A program made the translations under genes and the position numbers. Below the pieces are notes generated by a model. The model did no database searches, was not told where the DNA came from, and worked only from the letters and a program-made list of their open reading frames with translations. Of a stretch of DNA of 64,000 bases, positions 10,501 through 20,962 are shown piece by piece. How positions within the stretch are numbered: the stretch's first letter is position 1; each line of letters begins with the position of its first letter. The stretch comes from Epithemia pelagica (Eukaryota > Protista > Bacillariophyta): assembly GCA_946965045.2 (NCBI GenBank), contig OX337229.1, positions 2,480,001 through 2,544,000 on the forward strand, in the 5' to 3' direction.

Positions 10501-12740
10501 CCGTCGATGAAACGGGCGAAAATGAAGGAGCGTACGACCACGACGACGATGTTGACGAGGAAGAAGTGGAAGATGAAGGAGCGCAAATTGAGGAGCGCGA
10601 GGAGTTCCCAGACGTATCTGAAGAATACGAGGATGACCATGACAGGGACGAACCAACCGACAACACCGAGTCTAGACACGAGTACAACCTTCGAGGAAAT
10701 CGGGAGCGATCGTACGCCCACCGGCTCGACCATCAGATGGACATGGCAGATGGCGCAACCTCTTATTTGCACGCACAGTTCTTGCAACAGGCCATCAAAC
10801 ACGCTACAACCAACGTGAATGACCGAACACCCATCCACTCCCTGATGGCAAATTTCATTTTCACTCAGATGTCTGCGAAAGCCGGCATAAAGAAACACGG
10901 GCAACGAGCCATTGACGCATTATTGAAGGAGTTCACTCAATTGGACGGCCAAGATACTTTCGATCCACAGGACGCGTCCAAATTGACCCCTCAACAAAAA
11001 AAGGCGGCCCTACGATCAGTCAACGTAATCAAAGAGAAACGTTGCGGGAAATTGAAGGGACGTTCATGTGCAGACGGCCGACCACAACGAACCCAATATG
11101 ACAAGAGTGAGACAGCATCACCAGCACTATCGGTGGATGCCCTCATCATGTCTCTCGTTATCGACGCCCAAGAACGACGAAAGGTTATCACGGCCGACAT
11201 CGCCGGCGCTTACCTCAACGCCTACATGAAGGATTTTGTCTTAATGCGACTGACGGGAGAGGTCGTCGACATTTTTTGCAAACTGGACAAGAAATACGAG
11301 AAATACGTCGTCACGGAAGATGGCGTAAAAGTCCTATACGTACGCCTTAACAAGGCCCTATATGGATGCGTACAATCCGCATTACTCTGGTACGAGTTGT
11401 TCGCGTCGACCCTGAAAGAAATGGGTTTCGAGCTAAACCCCTATGATCCATGCGTCGCGAATAAGATTATAAACGGCAAACAATGCACAATTACGTGGTA
11501 CGTGGACGACCTCAAGGCGTCCCACGTAGAAGAAGAAGTCGTCAAACAAATCATTGAGACGATCGAGGCCAAGTTTGGAAAGATGACAGTCTGCAGAGGA
11601 CGCAAGCACACATATTTGGGAATGAACATCACAATCAACGAAAACGGCACGGTCAGTATCCTGATGCCGCAATACATAAAAGAAGCAATCGAAATGTTCG
11701 GTGAAGACGTGTCCCAAGGTGCATCCTCACCAGCAAAGAAAGGCCTTTTCAACGTCAAAAGCGCCCCTGAACTGGATTCGAAACGAAAGGAGAAATTTCA
11801 CAGCATCGTCGCCAAGTTGCTCTACCTATCACAGAGGTCAAGGATTGACATCCAAACAGCAATCGCCTTCCTTTGCACACGCGTATCAAAGGCCACCACT
11901 GAGGATTGGGACAAACTTAGACGAGTACTCCAGTACTTATATGCTACAGAAGGGATGGAATACATCGTGGGAGCGGATGATGTCCCGCACCTTCTCAACT
12001 GGGTGGACGCATCATTCGCAGTACACGAGGACATGAAAAGTCACACAGGCGGCGTAATGTCACTGGGACGAGGCGCAATCATGGCGAAATCGAAAAAACA
12101 AAAGCTTAATACAAAAAGTTCTACGGAAGCGGAGGTCGTTGGAGCCAGCGATTACCTCCCGAATACTCTATGGGCCAAACGTTTTCTCGAGGCCCAAGGA
12201 TACAACATTGAAAGCACACGCTTCGCACAAGACAACCAAAGCGCCATACGGCTTGAGAAAAATGGAAGAGCATCGGCAGGTAAACAATCAAGACACGTGG
12301 ACATCAGATACTTCTTCATTAAGGACCAAATCCAACAAGAGAAGATCGATATCCACTACTGTCCCACCGAAGAGATGCTGGCGGATTTCTACACAAAACC
12401 GCTACAGGGAGCACTTTTCAACAAGTTTCGGGATGTACTATTGGGGCATAAACCCGTCAGTACCCTACAAACACACAACGTTCCCACGCCTTGTGAGGAG
12501 CGTGTTGGAAATAATGAGCAAGAAAGAAAACACTGCGACGCGGGAACGCCTGGCGAATCAAGACCAAAGACAATGAAAGCAAGACCAAAGACAATGAAGA
12601 ATACTATGGAGAACAAAACAAGCAAGACGAGCTCCGCACGCGTGTCGTTCGCTGACGTAGTCAGAAAAGGCAAGGCGAACAAATCGCCAACAAATGAACC
12701 TAGAGCTCATTCTTTGGAAACAATCAAGCCAGTAAATTAG
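7467..12740 (+). CDS. Copia Gag-Pol polyprotein (1757 aa)
   Basis: RGG-rich N-terminus; zinc knuckle CFHCQGPGHYASQC; protease LLDSQST; integrase CADN/HADNEF/QVERSIRTIKE; RT DIAGAYLNA, KALYG, WYVDDLK; RNase H WVDASFA, STEAE, QDNQSAI. Confidence 0.98.
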   Translation: MSSTQGSSPSNPGGAQPTPGTTPPNDGGTSSPNQGNQGRGRRGGRGRGRGGRGGRGGRGGYATNPSTFKGNTDDMNGHVFQVFYECNDKRQFTRTIEALEEYFAKNLKHAGDMTTLTRELKNPTIEEPPDLPEEETSRLKIAIFEKKVAAYVTRCDILESNLQAAYAVIWGQCSEAMKAKLQGLEKYNSARDGCDCGWLLTQIKAIRHKFEEKRYGYASLNDAYTNFYMHRQQAEESLADYLHQFKENIDVLEHYGGSVGIDKGSQELVEKYLDPDESISSDEKKRVSRERALAIQFLKGADRKRFGNLLIELENQFTRGTDQYPPDLTSAYGMLVSYRGPKQPSNPSQSPGTPSLIPAGGGGGLQFAQTASPVPGLDGILHEAITCFHCQGPGHYASQCPLRGGDNGASNSASGNSGVTMLQQHAPSPPQYNFTFAIVDCCFSQPPHHSIPDTWVLLDSQSTISVFRNASLLSNIRPSMHPLTVYTNGGQQVSRLLGDIPNFGEVWYNPQSLANILSLAAVRQRCRITMDTAGDPSISVHRRDGSVMIFRESAMGLYYFDVADPSNFINSTSTPYLFLNSVPRNATGFSPREVEGADRARTLYRQLGRPSQRDFLDALTNNVIRNCPVTPEDARRALQIYGPDPATLKGKTVKRPTAAVPQQTITDIPDHIKQEHKRVTICADNFYVQGLIFCHTISRHINFRTVAAIANRRKTTLEQELKDVFHLYKSRGFEVVDLHADNEFAPLQNSIQPVIANIVAADDHVGQVERSIRTIKERVRSTVHGLPFRRYPVLMVRELVSHAVRTLNQLPNRKGISPTMSPRKIITGLPDPDYNSMRIEFGQYAQVFEERRRTSTTEPRTIGAIALNPTGNAQGSYYFMSLATGARISRHQWTEVPITQDVINRVEELAAEQEQPIINGELVFEWAPNVPIEDPENIDNAADDDDEEDNGNNDLHNDEDEGAISDEDNEDDPDVDEGANENSSDSDEPSEPPMVSTTDEDSTTEDESDVGAVDETGENEGAYDHDDDVDEEEVEDEGAQIEEREEFPDVSEEYEDDHDRDEPTDNTESRHEYNLRGNRERSYAHRLDHQMDMADGATSYLHAQFLQQAIKHATTNVNDRTPIHSLMANFIFTQMSAKAGIKKHGQRAIDALLKEFTQLDGQDTFDPQDASKLTPQQKKAALRSVNVIKEKRCGKLKGRSCADGRPQRTQYDKSETASPALSVDALIMSLVIDAQERRKVITADIAGAYLNAYMKDFVLMRLTGEVVDIFCKLDKKYEKYVVTEDGVKVLYVRLNKALYGCVQSALLWYELFASTLKEMGFELNPYDPCVANKIINGKQCTITWYVDDLKASHVEEEVVKQIIETIEAKFGKMTVCRGRKHTYLGMNITINENGTVSILMPQYIKEAIEMFGEDVSQGASSPAKKGLFNVKSAPELDSKRKEKFHSIVAKLLYLSQRSRIDIQTAIAFLCTRVSKATTEDWDKLRRVLQYLYATEGMEYIVGADDVPHLLNWVDASFAVHEDMKSHTGGVMSLGRGAIMAKSKKQKLNTKSSTEAEVVGASDYLPNTLWAKRFLEAQGYNIESTRFAQDNQSAIRLEKNGRASAGKQSRHVDIRYFFIKDQIQQEKIDIHYCPTEEMLADFYTKPLQGALFNKFRDVLLGHKPVSTLQTHNVPTPCEERVGNNEQERKHCDAGTPGESRPKTMKARPKTMKNTMENKTSKTSSARVSFADVVRKGKANKSPTNEPRAHSLETIKPVN
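12495..12502 (+). other. Polypurine tract
   Basis: GAGGAGCG directly abutting the 3' LTR TG. Confidence 0.7.
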
Positions 12741-12801
12741 GATCATTTTCGACTTTACAGTATAGTGGGCAAAGCTGACGGCTACGACACTCTACTCAAC
12801 A
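12503..12801 (+). repeat. 3' LTR (also encodes the C-terminus of Pol)
   Basis: Identical to the 5' LTR; the gag-pol stop codon at 12738-12740 lies inside it. Confidence 0.97.
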
Positions 12802-13930
12802 CCCTCACATTTTCTTTCGCAATGACCATGGAAGTCTTCCAATGTTGATTGAGAGTACCGTCGTCAAAAGCCCGTGCACAAAATACAATAGGGAGAGTAA
12901 GATAAGACTCTAGGGAACACATTGATGCCATTTTGTGCACGGGGATTTTTGAAATGAGCTCAAAAAGTAATGTTTCCGAAGCCATCATGAAAACTCTACA
13001 ACGTAACCTGGTCTTTCCCATCTTCTGGGCTACTTGAATGCCGCCATCCCCAAACATGAAGCTATGTCCACCAATTTCGACTCATTTCTCATTTTCCAAA
13101 TTGTGCGTAGAGAATGTGGACTAACTAAGGTATCCTCTTATCGTCTCACAAATTGTGATTACTCCTGCGATCATGTCAAGTAACCATCATTCTCAACAGT
13201 TGCAAGAGGATACAGAAAGATAAAGGAAGGCCATTCGTCTCAATAGACTATATTAGGGAGTAGGGATATGTTTTGGTGGTTGCAATCTCTCGCTTGCCAG
13301 ATTCTTTACCTCCAGAACTCAGATCAAGTAGGTACTTTCTTTCTGTCTCAACCAGTCAAATTGGCGCCGTAGCATTTGTCGATTTCGATTCGTATAGAGG
13401 TAGATGCTCGCCGGCAACACGAGGACTTGGGGTATCCAAAATCCAAAATCCCAATTCAAAGCACGTGGGTCCTCCATCCAAAAGAGACGACGGAATCCAT
13501 AACGTTGTACGTCCCCCACAATTTTGCCAGTTCGCCCAGTCTTGTCTCGGCCGCGTCCCGATGGAGAGTAGACTTCGCACCGCCCAAAACTCGCGTACGT
13601 TGATTGCCCCAATTTTGGCCCTCCGGGGTGTGAAATAGGTTGAATCTTGGCGGGATAAAACGTCAACGTACAATCCGGACGATCGATACGACTGGATTGT
13701 TATGTGACGCGAGGCCGGCGGGAACAAAATTAATTGTCAGAGTGCTCCGCGTACTGGTGAGCCGTTAAACCATCCAAACGAGACCAACGACAAAGTATAG
13801 TAGGGTGAATTGTGAATTTATACACAGAGTAACTCGTCCTATATCCAGTTTCCCTTCTTCATGTGCCGAGGAAGACGATCCCACCCAACTGGAGCCTTGC
13901 CATTAATTCGTTCGTGAGATACAGGATTTC

Positions 13931-15355
13931 ATGCAAAGCAGTGAAGAAGTCGTTGTTGTTGTAGCAATTCACACGGACACTCCTAGTGGGATGTCGGGCG
14001 AAGCCATCACGACACAACTCGAACCTCCAACGAGGAGCCGTAGCTCGACTAGTAGTAGCGGTGGCGAGGAGACCACAATAACGGGAACCAACACCATGAA
14101 CAGCACAACTACTGTATTGATGAGAGATCGAAGACTTGACTTCAGTCCAGAAAGAGCGCGACGCAGATGCGTCTCTCCAAGTAATAGCTATAGCGATACT
14201 ACGGCGGCAATCATTGAACCCATTTCTCCAAAACAACAAGGACAACGGACATCTTTGCGGTTCGATGAAGCAACCTACAACTTATTGACCGGAAACATTG
14301 CCTTGCCCTCGATGACGACATCAACTGGAGCGAACAAAACAACAAGGAACAGCCCTACTAGAATGGGTTCTTGTCCCAATTTGAAACTTGCTATGCAGGA
14401 TCTTAATATATCTGACCGAGGAAATCAAAGTAAGGGACAGTTGTTGTTCTCCACACCACCGCCCAGATCAACCGCTGCACCAGTGGACTCTTCGGAACGA
14501 AAGGAAGGAGAGGAGAAATCTGCCGATCAGGAATCGGACGGTCTTGCCTCTATTGTAGCTGGAGGAGTTGTGTACTATCCAGAAGAAGTCTTAGCGGAAG
14601 GATGGTTGCAAAAGAAAGGTACTGGTCATGACTGGTTAGGAAGTCGAGGATGGAAAGCTCGCTGGGCACGTCTTTGTATGGCCACAACAAAACCTGCGGA
14701 CAGCTCCCATGGAGATTCTCAGACGCAAACGAATGTCTCGAGGGAACGCCCCACGAGTCCGGAACCTTTCATGCCGCAAACGCCCTTTCTACAACAGCAC
14801 GCTGCTACAAATTCTGAAAGTCCCATTGTTCCAATTCTCCTATTGTATTGGTTCCCCTATTCGACTACTGTTTCAACGGCTATTTTGCTGGATTCGACTG
14901 TTGTCATGGGAGTGGATTTGGAGGACAAGACCCGCGTCAACCCCTATCGCTTTGAGGTCCGACATGCTACCACACAAGAAAATGTCACACTGCCGACCAT
15001 TACTCGAACCTTTGCAGCCCCACAGCGCGAACGAGATGCCTGGGTGTACGCGATTTCTCAGGCACTTTTGACCTATGGCAAGGCCAAACAAAAGGCTCGG
15101 AAAGAGCAAAAGGCTATGATAATGTCCCATCGCATTTCCCCACGAGGTGTAGTCTTGGGAGCAGAAGATGAATGTCCTTGGAGATCCATGAGTCCCTTGT
15201 CGGATCGGGGTGCTGCAACGATTGCTCGCGAAAAGTCGGCTGCGCCGCCCTTGTCACCAACCATGCCCACGCGGCGTCTGTCCCTCCAGAGGCCCTCCCC
15301 ACCGACTCGGTCCAGCAGCACCCCGTCCATTCTATCTGAGAGCAGCGAAAAATAG
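13931..15355 (+). CDS. PH-domain protein with Ser/Thr/Pro-rich disordered flanks
   Basis: LAEGWLQKKGTG..GWKARWARLC...RTFAAPQRERDAWVYAISQAL is a typical PH N- and C-terminal signature. Confidence 0.8.
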   Translation: MQSSEEVVVVVAIHTDTPSGMSGEAITTQLEPPTRSRSSTSSSGGEETTITGTNTMNSTTTVLMRDRRLDFSPERARRRCVSPSNSYSDTTAAIIEPISPKQQGQRTSLRFDEATYNLLTGNIALPSMTTSTGANKTTRNSPTRMGSCPNLKLAMQDLNISDRGNQSKGQLLFSTPPPRSTAAPVDSSERKEGEEKSADQESDGLASIVAGGVVYYPEEVLAEGWLQKKGTGHDWLGSRGWKARWARLCMATTKPADSSHGDSQTQTNVSRERPTSPEPFMPQTPFLQQHAATNSESPIVPILLLYWFPYSTTVSTAILLDSTVVMGVDLEDKTRVNPYRFEVRHATTQENVTLPTITRTFAAPQRERDAWVYAISQALLTYGKAKQKARKEQKAMIMSHRISPRGVVLGAEDECPWRSMSPLSDRGAATIAREKSAAPPLSPTMPTRRLSLQRPSPPTRSSSTPSILSESSEK

Positions 15356-15939
15356 ATGAAATTCCCATGACACCAGTGTCGTGTTGTCGTCTCGACAGCT
15401 TCTGTTTGTTCATCATGTTCCCCAATCCTCATGAAGATAATGTCTATCTCCAGCGCTCACGCACACTTTTACTGCACTCCCAGCAGCTCCTTCATTCATG
15501 TCCATTTTGAATTTCTTCGTTTCTTCCACTATATAGACAAACCATTCACCAGGCATGCGTATGGTGCATGTCCTGAACTATTAGATGATATCATGCGTTT
15601 GAAGCTTAGTCAAAATAGGTTGTTGTGCAGTGGCCAATTCTACTTTTAGAGAAACTAAACAAGTCCGGTCACGCACTTCAAATGTTCCATCAACACTTTG
15701 TTCGTCGCCACAAGCGAACCAAAGCTCCGGCAAAGATTCAAGATCTGCGAATGACTTCAATAGCATGGACAAGGTCGTTCAACAACCCAGCCACAGACCT
15801 ACGTTTCTGTTGCTTTCCAATCTCAAGAGAGGATGCATTGGCGCTCCACTCATTCTGACACGCACACACAAGACGGGGCAAGTCACTTGCCGCTTGGCGG
15901 CAGGAAAGCATAACTTGAGCGTTTTTCGCTGCGATCCAT

Positions 15940-16575
15940 CTACAAAAACTGGGATATCCATTGAAAAGCTTGTGGATATCCCTCTCCTTTGAGCACAGAT
16001 ATTCGAAAAATGGCAATGCGGTCGGAGGAGTACTGCTGTACTAAAGCATCGTAGTCGAGTCGTTGGCATATCTCATCCGTCGACAAGACTTGATCCTCTA
16101 AATCACACTTGTTGAGCAAAATCGCCACGGGTGGAAAGATGGGAGAATCGTCCTCTTCTTGAGATACTCCATTTTGGCTCTCCTCTTTAATATTGTGTAG
16201 TAGCAAGTTATCGAGTTCAAAGGCAGCTTCCTCCAATCGATCGGGATCGGCAGCATCCAACAAAAACAGAATGGCCAACTTTTTTCGTTTCTCATCCGAC
16301 TCATCCATCAAGTAGTCAGCCCACAAATGTCGGACCACTTCATGACCACCCAAATCCCATGCTTGAAATTGGATACCTTTGTAATGAAATTCATTTTGCG
16401 ATGGCCGATCGGTGGGCGGGAAGTTCTGGGGCAAATGGCCCGTCCGTAATCGATGCAGCAAGGTGGTCTTTCCTGCATTGTCTAATCCCAGTAGTAATAA
16501 ATTCCCTTTCTTCTGACTCAAACCCAATGATTGGAATAAGGCATCCCATAATCGAGAAAGAAGGGCAAACAACAT
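15940..16575 (-). CDS. Divergent Sar1-family small GTPase (Sar1/SarB-like)
   Basis: Amphipathic N-terminal helix MLFALLSRLWDALFQSLGL, GLDNAGKTT, WDLGGH (the Sar-specific His), NKCD. ATG at 16575; the longer track ORF starts at a non-ATG codon. Confidence 0.88.
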   Translation of the reverse strand: MLFALLSRLWDALFQSLGLSQKKGNLLLLGLDNAGKTTLLHRLRTGHLPQNFPPTDRPSQNEFHYKGIQFQAWDLGGHEVVRHLWADYLMDESDEKRKKLAILFLLDAADPDRLEEAAFELDNLLLHNIKEESQNGVSQEEDDSPIFPPVAILLNKCDLEDQVLSTDEICQRLDYDALVQQYSSDRIAIFRISVLKGEGYPQAFQWISQFL

Positions 16576-17050
16576 GGTCACATACGAGTCAGGAAGACCA
16601 AGGACTTTTTGAAAAAAATTCTGCTTCGGTGGTATCCTATTAGAGTTAGAGCTATATAATCTTATGGCGTCTGTCTGTACGTGCGTGGGAGGGACGCCAG
16701 ACAAACGTGTCACGCCGAGGCAGTCATTTTTGAAAAAAGTCTGTCTGAGACACGAATACCTATCAGTTGTAAGAGAAAAAGTATTATTCGATTTGGAGTT
16801 GTTCATGTTGGGCCTTTGCAGTAAGTTGTAAGTGTATGGGAACGCGCGATGAGCATTGGCGTCGCTGTCCCCGCGCTCTCTCCTCCCACACATTACCACA
16901 CAACGGTTTTTTCTTGCGCTCTCTAACAATAACTAAGACAACTTGTCAGTTTCTCGTTGCTATTCTGGAGACAAACCCAAAGCTCTCCTTGTTATCCGAT
17001 TTGGAACCTCAACGATTCATCTTACAACACTTTACTACAAAAAGAGGGCC

Positions 17051-19834
17051 ATGGAGGAACAGCTTACAAACGCCCTGGTGGCGGCAGGACAAGCCGGTAC
17101 GTTTGACTCTTCGTCTGACCATGAAAAGACTGTTTGGCCGTCTCACTTCCATGTTCTCTGTTTCCTTTTGCTTGCTGCCTGTTGCCGGTATTTCTACAGA
17201 CAAGGAAGCGGAAAAGTTTCTGGAAGGATTGATGAATCAAAACTATGGACAATTGATCCAAATGCTGGCTGCAGAGATTGCGAACGAAGCGAAACCCTTC
17301 CCAGCTCGACAAATGGCCTGTATCTATATTAAAAACACTCTCATGGGACAATCGAATACAGTTCAGAAGGAGAAGCATGATAGGTGGAAGTCGTTGACCA
17401 GTGATATACGTACTGCCTGCAAAGAAAATATGTTGAAAGCAATGCGGAGCGCATCGGTTCCGCAATTGCCTCATTTTGTTGCTGTGGCCGCTTCCGAGAT
17501 TGCCGTGGTGGAGTTGCCCTTTCGTGAATGGCCTACCTTTGTGGGATCCCTTATGGAAAACGTGACATCGCCTCAAGCACACGAAAAAGTCAAAATTGCC
17601 AGTTTGGAGTGTTTGGGTTATGTCTGCGATCGAATTGTAGGAGTGGAAGAACTCATTGGAACTTTACCGGATTTGGATTCCTCCATTGTCGATTCTATGC
17701 TCACTACAATCGTGGATGCGGTGCAACCGGGAAGACCGGATGACATGCGATATTCGGCCCTTCAGGCCTTGCAGAGCTCTCTCTTGTTTATCCGCAAGAA
17801 TATGGACAACAAGCAAGAGCGAGACTTTATCATGAATGCGATCAGCGAAGCCTGTCGGAACCCGCAATCGCGTATCCGATCCTTGGCGTTTTTGTGCTTT
17901 GATACGGTCACGGAATATTATTACGAAGTTTTGCAAGACTACATGACCAACATTTTTCAATTCACGACCGAAGCGATCAAAGGCGATGCGGACGAGACGG
18001 TAAAGGCAAACGCTATTGAAGTTTGGAATACATTGGCGGAAACTGAAACCTCGTTGATTGAGGAAGAAAAGGAGGCAGCGGCGATGGGTCTAACTGTTTC
18101 TCATAGAGCTCCCTGTCCGCGATACGTACAAGCTGCCATGGAACATCTCGTCCCTCTTCTCTTGGCCTTATTTACCCAACAGAACGAAGATGATGAAGAT
18201 GACACAACGGACTTGCAAGAGAAAGCCGCGACTTGCCTCGAACTTATCAGTCTGACAGTGGAAGGACTCGTTGTACCGCACGTCATGCCATACGTCCAGC
18301 AACACATTCAATCTCAGGAATGGCGACTTCGTGACGCTGCGATTGTGGCCTTTATGACGATTCTCGATGGCCCGTCCACTGAGGATATTGGTCAGTTCGT
18401 CGATCAATCCATTCAAGTAATGCTTCAATCATTCAGTGATGAACATGCTGTTGTACGCGGATCCGCTGTACATTGTGTGCGAAAGATTTGTTCCTTCCAC
18501 TTGTCGAGTTTGTCCTCGGAAAAACTCACGGCCATTTTGACAGCGGTGGATCAAAAGCTCACCGACAAACCCAGTATTGCTGCAGCGGCGTGCTCTGTGA
18601 TTTATGAGATCGGTCAAAATTTGAAAGTAATTCCGCCACCACCTACCAACATTCTATCACCGTGCTTGGTCCAGCTGATGAAGGATTTGTTGATGGTGAC
18701 GGAGCGAAGCGATGCGGCGGAGCATAATATCCGAGTTGTCGCCATGTCCGCAGCTGGAGCGATAATCCAAGCGTCCGCCGCAGACGTCGAAAACGTCTTT
18801 AGTGAACTATTGCCAGCCATTGCGGGCCGTTTGGAAAGTGCCCTGGCATTCCAGGCAGTTACCAATGATGACAAGGAAAGCAAGGCTCAAATGATTGCGC
18901 AACTCGCTGCTTTGATTCAAAGTCTTTACCAAAGAATGTCAAAAGAGACTGTCTTGCCTCAATCCGATAGAGTCATGAGTCTACTGTTGCAATCAGTCCA
19001 AGTGCGAAACGCTGCCGAAGAAGCCTTTATGACCATTGGCAGTGTCGTGTCCAATTTGGAGCACGACTTTGTGGTGAGTTTTAGAGAAACGACACTGTCA
19101 TGCTTTGGATTCACTTCCCTCACGCTCTGATTGCTTCACATCCACAGAAATATTTGGAAGCCTTTATTCCGATGCTTCTTCAAGGCTTGAAGAGTCTTGA
19201 ATTGACCAATTTATGTCTAATTTGTACAGGCGGAGTAGTGGACCTTTGTGGTGGTCTGGGACCCCTTATTCAACCCCATGCAGATGGTATCATGGAAGCA
19301 ATGTTCAACATCATTCGAGATGGCTCCGTCCATCGCGATGTGAAGCCCGCTGTTATTTCGTGTTTTGGAGACATGGCAATGGCAGTTGGAGCTGCCTACC
19401 AGCCGTACATGCAATTGACCATGATGCTACTAATGCAGGCATCTCAACAAAGTGCACCTCCCGACAATGAAGACATGGTGGGTTTCATCAACAAACTTCG
19501 GTGCTCCGTCTTGGAAGCTTACTCAGGTATTCTGGTTGGTCTAGCGGAAGGAGGCGCCATCGATGTGTTTTTGTCAAGCCTTCCAAACGTGTTGCAATTT
19601 TTGAACTTTCTGGCTTCGGATGGAAGTAAGGATGAACTTGTTTTGCAAAAGGCTGTCGTTCTTGTGGGTGATATTGCACATGAAGCCGGTTCCAAGCCGG
19701 ACGTGAAACACCAAATCAACTTACCATTTGTGGGGCAATTAATTCGGGAAGCCCTCTCCTCACAAAATAAAACAATGCAACAAGACGCACAATGGGCAGC
19801 CAGTGTTGTGGAAAAAGCTGTAAGACCTCAATGA
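17051..19834 (+). CDS. KPNB1: Importin beta-1; exons 17051-17096, 17200-19073, 19148-19834
   Basis: HEAT-repeat protein with ARQMACIYIKNTL, KIASLECLGYVC, acidic loop EDDEDD, EWRLRDAAIVAF and VKPAVISCFGDMAMAVG. Both introns are GT-AG and restore the frame. Confidence 0.93.
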
Positions 19835-20278
19835 GTTTTGACCGTCTTGAGCCCCAAAGAGTAACCGGTCGCGGTCCCTAGAGATTCAACGAAACCATCC
19901 CTTTGATGGGTGGTTGGATGTCGAGGCACCGTGCAGCATGAAAAAAGGATAAATAAATGGGATAGAGGGAGGACAAGTTTTGTCAGCAGACAGTCTCCTG
20001 TATCTACGACGACGACATGACCTATGTCGGGAAACGACTGTCTGCTGCCTTCTCCTCCCTCTTCTCTTGGCTAGATAGATTTCTCTCTTCCATGGAATAT
20101 TCTTCTGGCTTTTGACGTTGTGTAGACTAGCATGCTCAATGTTTTAGGATGAAGAATCCATCCTTTGGGCTTCGAGGGAGAGACGTTGATCAAGAGAGGG
20201 GTCGATCATACGACCGACGGCTGAATAGTCCAGTCTTGTTTGCACCCCAAAAGGGATTCAAAATTTTTCATATCAACG

Positions 20279-20962
20279 ATGATGACCTTGACGGTACGGT
20301 TGCTACTTCTTGGAATCATTGTTCTGGGTTTTGACCTACTGTCATGTCTGATGGGAGAACAACAAAAGCAAGGCATTGCTGTTGCGTCCGCATGGACCCT
20401 GCCTTTCCCAGGAGGACGACAAGTATCGTATCGTGATGGCATTATCCGCATCCAATTGGAAAACCAAGCCAACTTGCCAACCATACCACCACTCGGTACA
20501 TCCTGTTCCGAGCAAGTTCTCAATTGTATAGAGCTTAAAGATACCAAAACACCGAAAGGATGGGGAGCCTTTTGTTGCGACGCTCCCATTCCGAAACATG
20601 CGTTTCTTGGCTTTTACGAAGGGACCTTGATGGACTTGTCAGACCCAAGCAGCAGGGAAATCGACAAAGCAATCCTCTCACTTGACCAAATTCCAAAACA
20701 TAAAAGCGGATACGTCTTGTCGTTGGATGGAGGTGAAACGTTTTTGGATGGATACGATCGTGCTCAGGATCGTACAAGATTCTCTCCTGTACATTTGAAC
20801 CATGCCGATAAAACAACGCCCTTGTGCAATTGCCTGCGATTGCTGTGTGAAGATTCCCAGAATGTGGCCTTTTTCACGTCCCGAACTGTTGCAGTCGGAG
20901 AAGAATTGTGTTTTGATTATGGAGCCAATTATTGGAAAGGCCGAGAAGCCGAAAAACTTTAA
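20279..20962 (+). CDS. Small SET-domain protein lysine methyltransferase with N-terminal signal/bipartite targeting peptide
   Basis: KGWGAF, FLGFYEG, HLNHA and GEELCFDYG SET motifs. Hydrophobic leader followed by ASA-W, an ASAFAP-like motif. Confidence 0.82.
   Translation: MMTLTVRLLLLGIIVLGFDLLSCLMGEQQKQGIAVASAWTLPFPGGRQVSYRDGIIRIQLENQANLPTIPPLGTSCSEQVLNCIELKDTKTPKGWGAFCCDAPIPKHAFLGFYEGTLMDLSDPSSREIDKAILSLDQIPKHKSGYVLSLDGGETFLDGYDRAQDRTRFSPVHLNHADKTTPLCNCLRLLCEDSQNVAFFTSRTVAVGEELCFDYGANYWKGREAEKL

Larger units (their letters stand above)
6506..12801 (+). mobile_element. Full-length, very recent Ty1/copia LTR retrotransposon (diatom CoDi-like)
   Basis: Two 299-bp LTRs with TG...CA ends, identical by eye. 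5-bp TSD CCCTC (6501-6505, 12802-12806). Intact gag-PR-INT-RT-RH ORF in copia order. PPT GAGGAGCG before the 3' LTR. Confidence 0.98.

Noticed and set aside
13059-13930. Short ORFs between the retrotransposon and the PH gene (also 15431-16069, 21123-21473, 55149-56032)
   Set aside because: Overlapping, short and without motifs; treated as intergenic or UTR.
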